A stretch of 63,256 nucleotides of DNA, the filler included, from Chiloscyllium plagiosum (Eukaryota): NCBI RefSeq assembly GCF_004010195.1. It is 3 parts of one record of this genome, joined end to end, with 100 filler letters (N's around TTAATTAATTAA, not from the genome) between each part and the next. Parts side by side here need not be neighbours in the genome. Positions count along the whole stretch, not along the records: positions 1 to 27,651 come from NC_057713.1; 2 more parts are not named here. The stretch is one strand, 5' to 3'. Under the pieces are notes generated by a model. That model was not told the DNA's origin, did not search any database, and worked only from the letters and a program-made list of their open reading frames with translations. A program made the translations under genes and the position numbers. Every line of letters starts with the position of its first letter. Positions within the stretch are counted from its first letter, which is position 1. Shown here piece by piece: positions 1 to 14,079 of the stretch.

Positions 1-3000
1 TACATTGGTTTGTACCTGTGTATATGATGGTTTGTAACTGTGGATGCATTCATTTGTACCTGTGTACCTGGTGGTTTATACGTGTGGATATGATGGTTTG
101 TACTTGTGGATATGATGGTTTATACCTGTGGATATGATTTATTTGTACCTGTGGATACGATGGTTTGTACCTGTGGATAGGATGGTTTGTTCCTGTGAAT
201 ATGATGGTTTGTACCTGTGGATACGATGGTTGGTACCTGTGGATATGATGATTTTGTACCCGTGGATATGATGGTTTGTACCAGTGGATACATTGGTTTG
301 TACCTGTGTATATGATGTTTTTTACCTGTGGATGCATTGTTTTATACCTGTGTATATGCAGGTTTGTACGTGTGGATATGATTTATTTGTACTTGTGGAT
401 ATGATGTTTTATACCTGTGGATATGATTTATTTGTACCTTTCAATACGATGATTTGTGTCTGTGGATACGATGATTTGTACCCCTGGATACGATGATTTG
501 TATCTGTAGATACAATCACTTGTACCTGTGGTTATGATGTTTCGTACCTGTGAATACGATGACTTGTACCTGTGAATATGATGTTTTGTAGCTGTGGATA
601 CGATGGTTTATAACTGTGGATATGATAATTTGTGCCTGTGTTTATGATGATTGTACATGTTGAGACTATGGTTGGTACCTGTAGATATGATAAATTGTAC
701 CTGTGGATGTGATGGTTTTTTTTACCTGTGGATACAATGGTTTAGACCTGTGGATACGATGATATGTACCTGTGGATATGATGATTTGTATTTGTGGATA
801 CAATAGTTTGTACCTGAGAATATGATGGTTTGTACCTGTGGATTTCATCAATTGTACCTGTGGATATGTTGGTTTGTACCTGTGGATCTGATCGTTTGTA
901 CCTGTGAATACGATGGTATGTACCTGTGGATGTGAGGATTTGTACCTGTGGATATGATGGTTTGTAGCTGTGGTTATGAAGGTTTGTACCTGTGGATATG
1001 ATGGTTTGTACCTGTGGGTACGATGATATGTGCGTATGGATATGATGTTTTTACTTGTGGATATGATAACTTATACCTGTGGTTATGATGATTGTACATG
1101 TGGAGACTATGGTTTGTACCTGTGTATATGATAAATTGTATCTGTGAATATGATGTTATTTACCTGTGGATACAATGGTTTATACCTGTGGATAAGATGA
1201 TATGTACCTGTGGATATGATGATTTATACTCATGGAGACTATGCTTTGTACCTATGGATACGATGGTTTGTATTTGTGGATACTATGGCTTGTACCTGTG
1301 GATACGATGGTTGGTACCTGTGGATATGATGGTTTGTACCTGTGGATATGTTGGTTTGTTCCTGTGGATCTGACCGTTTGTACCTGTGAATACGATGGTA
1401 TGTACCTGTGGATGTGAGGATTTGTACCTGTGGATATGATGATTTGAATCTGTGGATTCAATCACTTGCACCTGTGGATATGATGATTTGTACCTGTTGT
1501 TATGAAGGTTTTTACCTGTGCATATGATGGTTTGTACCTGTGGATATGTTGATTTGTACCTGTGGATATGATGGTTTGTACCTGCGGATATGATGGTTTG
1601 TACCTGTGGATATGATGATTTGAATCTGTGGATACGATGGTTTGTACCTCTGAATACAATGTATAAGATGGTTTGTACCTCTGACTATGATGTATTAAAT
1701 GGTTTGCACCTGTGGATACATTGGTTTGTACCTGTGTATATGATGGTTCATACCTGTGAATATAATGGTATGTACCTATGGAAATGATGGTTTGTACCTG
1801 TGAATATGATGGTTTGTACCTATGGATATGATGGTTTGTAACTGTTTATATGATGGTTTGTCCCTGCGGACACGATGGTTTGTACTTGTGGATATGATGG
1901 TTTGTACCTGTGGATACCTTGGTTTGTACCTGTGGTTATGATGGTTTGTACCTTTGGATATGATGGTTTGTATCTTTGGATAAGATTGTTTGTACATTTG
2001 GAAATGATGGTTTTAACTTGTGGGTACGATGGTTTGACCCTGTGGATACATTGGTTTGTACCTGTGGAAATTATGGTTTGTACCTGTGAACATGACGGTT
2101 TGTACCTATGGATGTGATGATTTGTACCTGTGGATATGACAGTTTGTACCTATGGATGCGATGATTTGTACCTGTGGATATGATGGTTTGTACCTATGAA
2201 TACGATGATTTGTACCTGTGGATACATTGGTTTGTACCTGTGTATATGATGGTTTGTGCATGTGTATATGATGGCTTGTAACTGTGAACACGATGGTTTG
2301 TACTTGTGGACATGATGGTTTGTATCTGTGGATACAATGGTTTGTTCCTGTGAATACAATGGTTTGTACCTGTGGATACGATTGTTTGTACCTGTGGATA
2401 TGATGGTTTGTATCTGTGAATACAATGGCTTGTACGTGTGGATATGATGGTTTGTACCTGTGGATACGATTGTTTGTACCTGTGGATATGATCATTTGTA
2501 CCTGTGAATAGAAAATGAGGTCTGCAGATGCTGGAGATCAGAGATGGAAATGTGTTGCTGGAGAAGCGCAGCAGGTCAGGCAGCATCTAGGGAACAGGAG
2601 AATCGACGTTTCGGGCATTAGCCCTTCTTCTTTCTGTACCTGTGAATACAATGGTTTGTACCTGTGGATATGATGGCTTGTAACTGTGAATACAATGGTT
2701 TGTACCTGTGGATACGATTGTATGTACCTGTGGATATGATGGTTTGTACCTGTGAATACAATGGTTTGCACGTGTGGATATGATGGTTTGTACCTGTGAA
2801 TACAATGGTTTGTACCTGTGGAAATGATGATTTGTACTTGTGGATATGATGGTTTGTACCTGTGTATATGATGGTTTGTATGTGTGTATATGATGGTTTG
2901 TACGTGTGTATATGATGGTTTGTATGTGTGGGTATGATGGTTTGTACCTGTGGATACGATGATTTGTACCTGTGGATACAATGGTCTATACCTGTGGAGA

Positions 3001-6000
3001 CTGTGGTTTGTACCTGTGGATACGATGGTTTGTACCTGTCGATAGGATGGTTTGTTCCTGTGAATATGATGGTTTGTACCTGTGGATACGATGGTTGGTA
3101 CCTGTGGATATGATGATTTTGTACCTGTGGACATGATGGTTTGTACCAGTGGATACGATGGTTTGTACCTGTGGATACATTGGTTTGTACCTGTTTATAT
3201 GATGGTTCTTACCTGTGGAGATGATTTATTTGTACCTGTGGATACGACGGTATGTACCTGTGGGTACGATTTATTTGTACTTGTCGATACAATGATTTGT
3301 GTTTTTGGATACGATGATTTGTGTCTGTGGATACGATGATTTGTATCTGAGGAAATAATCACTTGTACCTGTGGTTATGATGGTTCGTACCTGTGGATGC
3401 GATGACTTGTACCTGTGGATATGATGTTTTGTACCTGTGGATACGATGATTTATACCTGTGGATTTGATGGTTGGTACCTGTGGATGTGATAATTTTGTA
3501 ACAATGGATATGATGGTTTGTACCTGTGGATACAATGGTTGTACCGGTGGATATGATGTTTTATAACTGATGATATGATGGTTTGTAACTGTGGATCTGA
3601 CCATTTGTACCTGTGAATACGAAGGTATGTACCTGTGGATGTGAGGATTTGTACCTGTGGATATGATGATTTGAATCTGTGGTTATGAAGGTTTGTACTT
3701 GTGGATATGATGGTTTGTACCTGTGGATACGATGATTTGTACCTGTGTATATGATGGTTTGTAACTATGGAAATGATGGTTTGTACCTGTGGATATGATA
3801 GTTTGTAGCTGTGGATACGATGAATTGTACCTGTGGATATGATGACTTGTACCTGTGTATACAATGATTTGTACCTGTGGATACGATGTTTTGTACCCGT
3901 GGATATGATCGCTTGTACCTCTGGATATGATGGTTTGTACCTGTGGATACAACAGTTTGTCCTTGTGCATATGATCTATTTGTACCTGTGAATACGAAGA
4001 TTTGTATCTGTGGATACAATCACTTGTCGCTGTGGATATGACGGTTCGTAGCTGCGGATATGATTGTTTGTACCAGTGGATGTGATGGCTTATACCTACG
4101 GATTCTGTGGTTTGTACCTGTGGTTATGATAGTTTGAACCTGTGGATATGATGATTTGTACATGTGGATATGATGGTTTGTACCTGTGGATACTGTGGTT
4201 TGTCCCTGCGGATATGATAGTTTGTACCTGTGGATATGATGGTTTGTACCAGTGGGTATGACGATTTGTACCTGTGGATACAATGGTTTGTAACTGTGGA
4301 TACTATGGTTTATACCTCTGGATATGATGGTTTGTACCTGTGAATGCGATTGTTTGTACCTGTGGACTCGATGGTTTGTACCTGTGGACATGCTGGTTTG
4401 TACCCGTGGATTCGATTGTTTGCACCTGTGGATATGATGATTTGTACATGTGGATACGATGGTTTGTGCTTGTGGATATGATTTATTTGTTCATGTGGAT
4501 ATGATGATTTGTACCTGTGGATACGATGATTTGTATCTGTGGATACAATCACTTGTACCTGTGGATATGACGGTTTGTGCCAGTGGATATGATGGATTAT
4601 ACCTGTGGATACTGTGGTTTGTACCTGTGGTTATGATGGTTTGTACCTGTGGATACTTTGGTTTGTACCTGTGGATATGATGGTTTGTTCTCGTGGATTC
4701 AATGGATTTTACCTGTGCATGTGATCGTTTGTACCTATGGAAATGATGGTTTGTTCCTGTGTATATGATGGTTTGTACCTGTGAATACGATGGTTTGTAC
4801 CTGTGGATAGGATGGTTTGTACACGTGGATTCAATTGTTTGTACCTGTGGAAATTATGGTGTGTACCTGTGGATCTGATGATTTGTACCTATGGATACGA
4901 TGATTTTTACCTGCTGATACATTGGTTTGTACCTGCTGAAATGATGTTTTTTTACCTGTGGGTACATTGGTTTGGACCTATGGATATGACAGTTTGTACC
5001 TGTGTATATGATGATTTGTATCTGTGGATACTGTGGTTTGTACCTGTGTATATGTTTTTTTGTACCTGTGGATAAGATGGTTTGTACCTGTGGATACGAT
5101 GATTTGTATCTGTGGATATGATCGCTCAAACCTGTGGATGCGATGGTTTGTACCTGTGGATACGATGGTTTGTGCTTGTGGATATGATTTATTTGTACCT
5201 GTGGTACAATGATTTGTACCTGTGGATATGATTGTTTGTTCTCATGGATTCAATGAATTTTACCTGTGCATGTGATGGTTTGTAACTATGGAAATGATGG
5301 TTTGTACCAGTGGATATGTTGTTTTGTATCTGTGGATATGGTCACTTATACCTGTGGATATGAAGGTTTGTACCTGTGGATATGATGGTTTGTACCTGTC
5401 GACACGATGATTTGTATCTATGGATACGATGCTTTGTACCTGTGTATATGATGGTTTATACCTGTGAATACAATGGTTTGTACCTATGGATACGATTGTT
5501 TCTACCTGTGGATTCGATGGTTTGTACCTGTGGATAGGATGGTTTGTACCTGTGGATATGATTTATTTGTACCTGTGTATACGATGATTTGTAACTATGG
5601 ATATGATTGTTTGTACCTGTGGATTCAATTGTTTGTACCTGTGGACATGATGGTTTGTACCTGTGGATACTTTGGTTTGTACATGTGGATATGATGGTTT
5701 GTTCTCGTGGATTCAATGATTTTACCTGTGCATGTTACATGTGGATATGATGGTTTGTTCTCGTGGATTCAATGGATTTTACCTGTGCATGTGATCGTTT
5801 GTACCTGTGGATACGATGTTTTGTACTTGTGGATACTGGGGTTTGTACCTTTGGATATGATTTTTTGTACCTGTTGATATGATGGTTTGTACCTGTGGGT
5901 ACGATGATTTGTATCTGTGGATACAATCACTTGTACCTGTGGATATGATGGTTTGCACCTGTGGATATGATGGATTATACCTGTGGATACTGTGGTTTGT

Positions 6001-6178
6001 ACCTGTGGTTATGATGGTTTGTACCTGTGGATATGATGATTTGTACCTGTGGATATGATGGTTTGTATCCTTGGATATGATGGTTTTTTGCCAGTGGATA
6101 TGTTGATTTGTACCTGTGGATTCAATGGTTTGTGCCTGTGGATACGATTGTTTGTACCTGTGGAAATGTTGGTTTGAC
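1..6178. repeat. Tandem satellite/minisatellite array, ~22-bp unit TGATGGTTTGTACCTGTGGATA (roughly 270-280 diverged copies; runs off the left edge)
   Basis: The unit is read directly throughout 1-6178. It generates the repetitive pseudo-ORFs (e.g. TGTNHHIHRYKPSYPQVQTIIS). It is interrupted once, at 2511-2634. Confidence 0.97.
2511..2634 (-). mobile_element. Penelope-like terminal-repeat fragment inserted in the satellite
   Basis: Same sequence as the copies at 14268, 22771, 25063, 28918 and 33277. It is flanked by TGTACCTGTGAATA at 2497-2510 and 2635-2648, a probable TSD, although that sequence is also part of the satellite unit. Confidence 0.8.
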
Positions 6179-6532
6179 TTTACTTGCTAACTGATGCTGA
6201 ATCTTGCAAACACTTTTTCTTGACCATTTCTCTCTTCATCCATCGTCTTCCATCAGTTCAATAAATGTAATCCTCCTGTCCACAAATGGACACAGCTGCC
6301 CCCTTTGTAATCACCAATGCCATTTGTGCAACATACTAAATGTCAATCAGCATTCTGGGTTAATCTTCTCAACTGCTCAATAACAGCATCGAGGTCTCAA
6401 TTCACTGTCGGCAGTCGCTATGTATTTACTGCGGTGTCATTGGCAATTTGCATTTTGTTTTCACATAAATCGCTCAGTTTGACTTTCAAGATCAACATAA
6501 GCCAATGTTGCAAACCAAAATTAAATTATAAT

Positions 6533-6824
6533 TGTAGATCCCTACATTATGGAATGAGGCTGTTCAGCCCATTGAGTCTGCATCCACCCTCCGAAAAGCA
6601 TTCCACCCAAACCGAGCCCTCTACCCTATAACACTGCATTTCCCGAGGCCAATCCACCTAATCTGCACATTTTTGGACTGTGGGAGAAAACAGGAGTTTC
6701 TAGAGGAAACCCACACAGACAAGGGGAGAATGTGCAGACTGCACCTGGACAGTCATCTTAGGCCGACTTCGGATCTGGGTCCCTGGTACTGTGAGGCAGC
6801 AGTGCTCACCACTCAGCCACCTTG
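6533..6824 (-). mobile_element. tRNA-derived V-SINE (shark HE1-like), diverged
   Basis: The reverse complement shows a tRNA-like head (GGTGGCTGAGTGGTGAGCACTGCTGCCTCACAG), the central TGGGTTTCCTC...CCCACAGTCCAAA domain and a CR1-like tail. Confidence 0.8.
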
Positions 6825-8189
6825 CCAGGTCTGTGTTAACATGTGTTGTCGTTTCACCAAGTCGGCATCTCAGATCTGTGTCTGACTGGTGCTGCTCCTG
6901 GCATGCCACCCACACTCTTCATTGAAGTCGGGGTGATTTCCTGGCTTTTGGTAAATGTAGAGCTGGGGATAAACCCCAGCATACGGCTACAGTCTGTGGT
7001 GGAATACCGTCTGCAATTGCTGCCTCATGGATATGCTCAAAGTCTGTCTCATCCCACATATTGGTAGTGCCCTACAACAGAATGGAGAGTATACTCAATT
7101 TAAAGGCAGGACTTTGTCTCCACATGGACTATGCAGTGGTCATTATTACTGATACCTTCATGGATTAAGATCTGCAACAGGTCTGTTATCACTGTTGTCT
7201 TTTCGAAAGGTATGTTCTTCCAGCACATGCTTAAACATTTTAGCAACTGAACTATTTACAGGGTTTATTTTTGGACAGGAGAGTATCAAAGACAGAATTT
7301 AACAGTTCCTCTGTGTCAAAAAGAAAGCTTACAATGTTGAGGTTTTAAAGAATTCTAAACACTTCCTGATATGCTATCAGCATGACAAGAGCTTCATTCA
7401 AGTTAAGGATACAGTTCCTGGCCTGAAGCTGCTCCAGGGGCTTTGATAGGATTGCTGTTTGATTGCCTTCTTTAATGTTTCTGAACTGTCAGATTGCAAG
7501 CTGAGAATTTATATGTCAACTTTCAACCAACAATTGTGCCCCAAAGTGCTTTCTGTCATTCCTTTTGCAATCTGGCAATTTGTAAATTTTCTGCCCTGAA
7601 TTGTTTCTTCCATGTTTTGCTTTATTTCCCTGATGACCTTGTTTTTGTCATGGAGCCACCTTTACACGTACTAAAATAGGTCAAGAGGCTCTAAACAGAG
7701 GCAGAAGCTGTTCTGGCTTGTTCTCCGGAAATAAAACCAAAGAAAGTTTCTCATTGCCAAGGTTAATGAACTTATACCTGTGTCTGACATTCAATCATTT
7801 TAATGCCATCACATATATTTAGATTACATCCTGAGTAAATTCATAGTGCAAGGATTAATTTCAATGAATGCCTTGTCTCAAAACAAACCCCAATGTTAAT
7901 GTTTAAGGAGGAATGTTATCATTTTGAAGAAGGTTGTTTGTGGGTTGGAGGAAATACATTAAATACATTAAATAAGTACATTAAATTAAAATAAAAGTAT
8001 CTGGAGGAAGACTGTGGGAGAATGTCTCACTTAGGTCCACTGAATAATATTGGAACAGATGTGCTGAAGAAGTTTTATCTCATTCCTTTTCTTAGTCTTT
8101 TTGCATATACTGTTTACTGATATAATGGGGTCAAGTTACTGACAAAGTACTGTCAGTTTGAATTCACTTTTTGTTCGTGACTGGATCTT

Positions 8190-8383
8190 GTGCGTGTGTG
8201 TCTGTGTGTCTGTGTGTGTGAGAGAGAGTGTGTGTCTGTGTCTGTGTGAGAGAGTGTGTCTGTGTCTGTGTGTCTGTCTGTGTGAGAGAGTGTGTATGTG
8301 TGTATGTGTATGTGTGAGTGTGAGCGTGTATGTATGAGTGTGCGTATATATGTGTGTGATTGTCTATGTATGTATGTGTGTGT
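8190..8383. repeat. Compound (TG)n/(TC)/(AG) microsatellite
   Basis: Read directly from the sequence. Confidence 0.95.
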
Positions 8384-8732
8384 GAAGTATCTCAGGTTAA
8401 CATTCATTGACTTTCTTTCCCTCGTTGCTCAGTTTCAGCGTCAGTGTTAAGCAAACTATTGTCCTGTACTTGCTATCAGAAGTACAGGAAAATAGTCTTT
8501 AAAAAAAATGTAATTTATTCCAAAGTTGTTTCGCTATTTCAACATCATCAGAATTTAAGTGGACCAGGTAGTTCCTTCAATAAATATTATGCTCCCCTTT
8601 CTGACGGTAGTGTGGGTATGTTTTTCAAACCCAAACAGAAATAAATTACTTCAGAGAGCCAAGGAAAATTCTCACTGACAGATGTCTCTGTTTTGAATGT
8701 ATAATCTGAAGAGAATGTTAAAGGAAAGGGTT

Positions 8733-9072
8733 TCATTGAATCCCTACAGTGAAGAAAGAGGCTGTTTGGTCCATTGAGCCTGCATTAACCTGCTGAAGAG
8801 CATCCCATCTAGATTCAGCCTCCAACACTCCTCTGATGTTCTTATTCCCATGGCCAATCCACATAGCCTGCACATTCCTGGACACGAAGGGCAAAATTAG
8901 CATGACCAATCCACCAAACCTGAACATCTTTGGACTGCGTGAGAAATCCCGCCCAGACAGAGGGAAAACATACAAACTCCACACAGACAGTGTGGAGACC
9001 CAAGGTTGGAATGGAACCTGGGTCCCTGGCATTGTGGTGTAGCAGTGTGAACCACTGAGCCACCATGCATCC
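8733..9072 (-). mobile_element. HE1-like V-SINE, diverged
   Basis: Similar along its length to the better-preserved copy at 31085-31410. Confidence 0.8.
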
Positions 9073-9702
9073 CAATGCAGAAAGGATGGAAAACTTGAAA
9101 AGTCAATTTTCCAGTTTCCAGTTAACATTCTAAGACAAATGTGGCTTAGACATGTTCAGCTGATAATCAGGTGGTTTAGATATGGAGTATGCGATGTGAC
9201 TCAAGGCTGGAGAAAATAACAAAACAACCAATAAAAACATTTTTAGACCTTTCAATACTATAAGCCATTCTTGTCGCGCAGAAGAGCTTCATTACATTCA
9301 GTAAGTTCAGAAAGCAGCAAGAGAGAGTGAAACACCACTTTAAGAAGGAGGAAGACTGGAGAAGGGCATAAAGTGTTAAGAAGTTGACCACTTCAGGAAG
9401 GAGCAGCAGTAGTGTAGGGAATAAAGAGAGCAGGAGAAAGCTAGACTTTAATTTGGGAAAGGGGGGGGGAAGACTGGAATGAGAGCAAAGTGGCTTGGAT
9501 TATGAAGATGGGGAGCAGAGGGACATGTAAAGACAGGAAGTGGAGTGGGATGAAAGAGTGAGAGCAACATTGGCTTTAAAAAGGGAGATAGCAGTTGGTT
9601 GAAATGAAGGAGGAGCTAACTGGAACCTGGTCCATGAATCACAAGAAATTAGTATGTGGGTCTAGCAAGTAGTTAGAAAGGAAAATGGAATGTTGTCATT
9701 TA

Positions 9703-10362
9703 TAGAGTCATTGAGATGGACAGCATGAAACAGACCCTTTGGTTCAACTCATCCATGGCAACCAGACATCCTAAATTCCTCTAGTCCCATTTGCCAGCAT
9801 ACCCCTCTAAACTCTTCCCATTCATATTCCAGATGCCTTTTAAATGTAATTGTTCCAGCCTCCACCATTTCCTCTGACAGTCATTTCATACTCTTCAGTC
9901 CTTTTATATCTCTCCCCTCTCACCTTAATCCAATGCTGTCTAGTTTTGGATCCCCTGTCCTGGGAATAAGACCTTGGCTATTATCCTTTGTGATTTTACA
10001 AACCTCTCTAAGGTCACCTCTCAGCCTTCGACACTCCAAGGAATATAGTCCCAACTTATTCAGCCTCTCCCTGTAGCTCAAATCCAACCCTGTCAATCTT
10101 GTCTGAACCCTTTCAAGTTTCACAATATCCTTCATCTAGTAGGGAGACCAGAATTGAACTCAGTGTTCCAAAAGTGGCCTAATTAATGTCCTGTACAGTC
10201 ATAACATGACCTCCCAATTCCTAGACTCAATGCACTGACCCAATAAAAACAAAGCTACCAAATGCCTTCTTCACCATCCTGTCTACTTGTGACTCCACCT
10301 TCAAGAAACTATGAACCTATGCCCCTAAGGTCTCTTTGTTCAGCAACACATCCCAGGACCCT
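9703..10362 (-). mobile_element. CR1 (HER1-like) LINE 3' fragment nested in an older + strand CR1-like fragment (~9630-10860)
   Basis: The minus ORF 9920-10135 reads KDIVKLERVQ..LSYRERLNKLGLYSLECRRLRGDL (CR1 RT C-terminus) and there is a CR1 3' tail at 9703. The flanks on both sides continue a + strand CR1-like RT. Confidence 0.85.
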
Positions 10363-12169
10363 ACAGTGCTACAGTTTTACAGGGACTTGATGCCACCATA
10401 TCTCAAACACTGTGTACAACTTTGTTCTCTGTACTTATGAAATGATATAATTGTATTGGAAGCAGTTCAAAGAAGGTTTCGAAGAATAAGATCTGATCTT
10501 GTTAAAACATGATGGGCTTGATGGTGAGATTGTTTCCCATTATGGGAAGGTTCAGAACTCAGGGACACAGCTTACAATCAAGAGGTCTTCTTATTAAGAT
10601 GGAGCTGAGGAGAAAGGTTTTCTCAGAGGGTCATTAATCTGCCAAATTTCTTTTGTTTTAGAAAGTAGTTGGGATAGGATCATTGTTCATTTTTTAAGAC
10701 TGAATTAAATAGATTTTTGACTGACAAGGGAGTCAAAGAATATAAGCGGGGGACCAGAAAGTAGAATGAAGGCCACAATCACATCAGCCATGATATTATC
10801 AAATAGCAGAACATTTTCAAGGGGTAAAATAGCCTTCTTGTTTTCTTAATCTGTATGTCCCTATCTTCAGTTGTTCATAATTCCGTGTGGTGTAGTTTAA
10901 ATGGTCTCCTGTTGGTAATATATTTGATACTCTAATAGGAAGCATGATAAAGGTTATGTATGTAAACTTTATTCAAGTTATCTATCAGCATGCTCACATA
11001 TGTCAGCTATTTGGCTAAGAAAGACTTCTATATTGGCTTCGGCCCTATATAATAGTCATCACATTCTAATTTTGCCAATTAAGATGTACAAAAGTTGACC
11101 TCCCAATAATACAGAGGAAAATATGACCCTAGATTTGTCTGACACACATGACACTCCAAGCCTCCAGAGAATAAAGGGTAGATTCAGGAAGGGCGAACTG
11201 CTGAAATCACTGTCTAGACTATTATGTAGGGTCCACATGAGTGGGTTTGATTTTCATCATCTTGAAAAAGGCAGTGCACAGTGTGATCCTATCTGTTGTG
11301 GAAGGGGACCTCAAAGAGAGGGGTGGGAGTATAGGGGACAATTTTATCAACCCAGCTACAGTCCTAATAAAGACCAGAAATGTAGGTCAACAATCTCAAT
11401 TTTACCAGCAGCAAGTCTTTCATAAGCTAGCATCCAGCTTGACATTTATTCCTCAAATCATACAAAGCTGCCAGCCCAGATATAGTACACCTCCAATACA
11501 ATGTCCTGTGTCAGCAATGAGTCAGTAACTGAAGAATGGTTGTAACATAGAAGGAGGTAATTCATCCCATCAAGTTCATACTAGATCTATGTACCAGCAA
11601 CTCAGCCTGTCCTACCTCATTGCGCTTTTCCTATTGCACTGCTTTTTTTCTGTTCATCTATCAAGTGAAAACCATATTGAATCCATCTCCACAACATTAA
11701 CAACCTTTCACACATAGTTCTGTTTCATTTATTCAACTTTGATGGCCCAGTAATTCTTTGAAAAGATTCTGTAGTGTAGCTCAGTGAACAAGCTAGTCAC
11801 AGTTTGGAATTTTAGGCAATCTAAATCCAAAGGATCCAATCTGAGACTCTGGAGTCATTAACATAGAGTGCAGATATACAACAGGTATTTTATTTTAAGA
11901 TAAGCAGAAACCATCTGTTTATCTGGAAATGCAAACTGAGCCAGTTATATCCAAGTCCTATCAGGTTCACCTCAAGACAATGAATTAGTCATAAGACTTT
12001 AGGCTATATTATGAAATGTATACACTCAGATTAATCATGGATTATTAAAGAAGGCATTCCAAATTGGTGAAAGATTTAATCTGTTAAATAATATGAGGAA
12101 GTATTTGAGTAAGATACCATGGCTAAGAAACAAATTCCTCTCCAATGATACTGATTAGATTACCTTCAG

Positions 12170-12424
12170 AATGAAAACAGGCCCTTTGGCCCAACATGCC
12201 CACAACAGCCCACCAAAGAGTAACCCATTCCCTTATATTTAGTCCTGACTATGAGCAATTTAGCATGGCCAATTCACCTAACCTGCACATCTTTGGACTG
12301 TGGGAGGAACACACACAGACACGGGGGAAAATGTGCAAACTCCACACAGACATTCACCCAAGGTGGAAATTGAACCCAGGTCCCTAGCACTGTGGGTCAG
12401 CAGTGCTAACCACTGAGCCACTGA
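12170..12424 (-). mobile_element. HE1-like V-SINE, internally deleted
   Basis: Shares GCATGGCCAATTCACCTAACCTGCACATCTTTGGACTGTGGG and the tRNA-like head with the other copies. Confidence 0.8.
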
Positions 12425-14079
12425 TGCTGCAACCAGCTTCAGCAATAAAATTTAGCAAATGATGATCAGTCCACTTCGCAGTTTGGTATTATAATATTAA
12501 GAATTAAGGATTATAGTGAGCGGGTGAGTAAGTGGAGCTGAGTCCATGAGAAATCTTACTGAATGGTGGAGCAGGCTGAAGGGGCCAGATGATGTACTGC
12601 TGTTCCTATTTCTTATGTTCTTATGATGTAAATATAATTTCACTTATTTTAGTGTTTGGAATTTGAACTAATGGGCCTGTGGGTTTTGGACTGTGAGTAT
12701 GAGAGGGTTTAATGATTACTTTGTCAGTTCTTCTGACACCATGATTCTTTATTTGGTGTCTGAGAGAGTTGGTCCCTGAAGTGCTCACAACAATTTGTTT
12801 GGATCGAGCGACTTTTACAAGCTGACAAAATAAACACAGAACAGCATTAGCCTGCTTTCAGTTCAAAGGATCAGGAATTGATTTTTTTTTGCTTAGCTTT
12901 GAAAACATTTTGGTCTCAGTTCACAGATGTCCAGCCTGATGTTGGATGTATGAAATGATTCTCCTGGAACAAAGAGTCAGTCCGGAAAAGCTAGAAGTAG
13001 ATTATCTCAGTCTAGAGGATTTTAATTTGTAAGTTCCGAACTACAAATGTTTAGATTGAACCCTGAAAGGGTTATTCGAAGCAAGTTCAGGACATGAATA
13101 TCAAGGAAGAGGCTAACAATCTCTCAAGATTGGGAATTAAAGGAAACATTTATATTAAATCTCTAGATGTGAAAGAGAAGCAAACTCTCTCTGGTGCTTG
13201 AGTACTGCAAAGGACTGCTTTTGGGATGGTCAGAATATTGTATTTTATGGTATGTTGCCAAATCTGGGTATGTAGCGCTGGTTGGTAAAGACGTACAATG
13301 CTCAGGAAGACATATAGGATTTCTATAATATCTTTTTGATTGTAACGGAGTATAGCATTCACCTTTTCTTTCACAAATTTTAATACTCCCTGTGTCCCAA
13401 AATTGAATAGAATGCAGTCTAAGAATATTTGGCTAGAGGTTCAGGGACAGAAGTGTTCCAAGCAAGCATCGTCTAGAGGAGCACCTGAGAATGGTATGCC
13501 AAGACAGAGAGTTAAAATTCCCTTGAAGGACCCTGAGACAGAGCTACATTAATTGGGGCTGATTGGAATTGGTTCTTACTATAATATGGTCAAAGGACCT
13601 GGCTGTTTGTGAGGCTCTGGTAAGTGGTCTATTCTATTCTATTCTTAAAGTTCACAAAGTATGAAAATTGTGGCAAGGTGAATAAATGTAAAAAAGAACC
13701 AAAAAATGCATCAATAAAGTTAAATAATTAATTAAAGCTCATAAAGAATGGCAGGGCAAGTGCTGTGACAAGGCTGCAGCATGTGGGAGTCCTTGGATAC
13801 CATTGTGATCATACATCTCTATATTAAATGCTGAAAATAGAGCAGCTTCAGCTCAGATTTTTATGAACTGGGGATGGGGATTCTGCAGTGCAGCAGCAAA
13901 GTGCAGAAGAACTAGCAGTACTCCAAAACAAAAATCTTTAAAGCAAATGAAATATCAAAGCACATTAGGAAGTCATGACAGCAGAAATGGTATCATGAGC
14001 AAACATTTAATTTCAGAGAATGGCCAATTTAGGGGTGTGGATCACTGAGGCTGGGTGTGATGGAGGGGAGTGTGGACTG

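Noticed and set aside
1..6178. CRISPR-like array, or His/Tyr/Cys-rich repetitive proteins from the many ORFs
   Set aside because: The units are contiguous with no unique spacers and no cas genes, in a vertebrate context. The ORFs are frame-rotating translations of a 22-bp unit with frequent stops.
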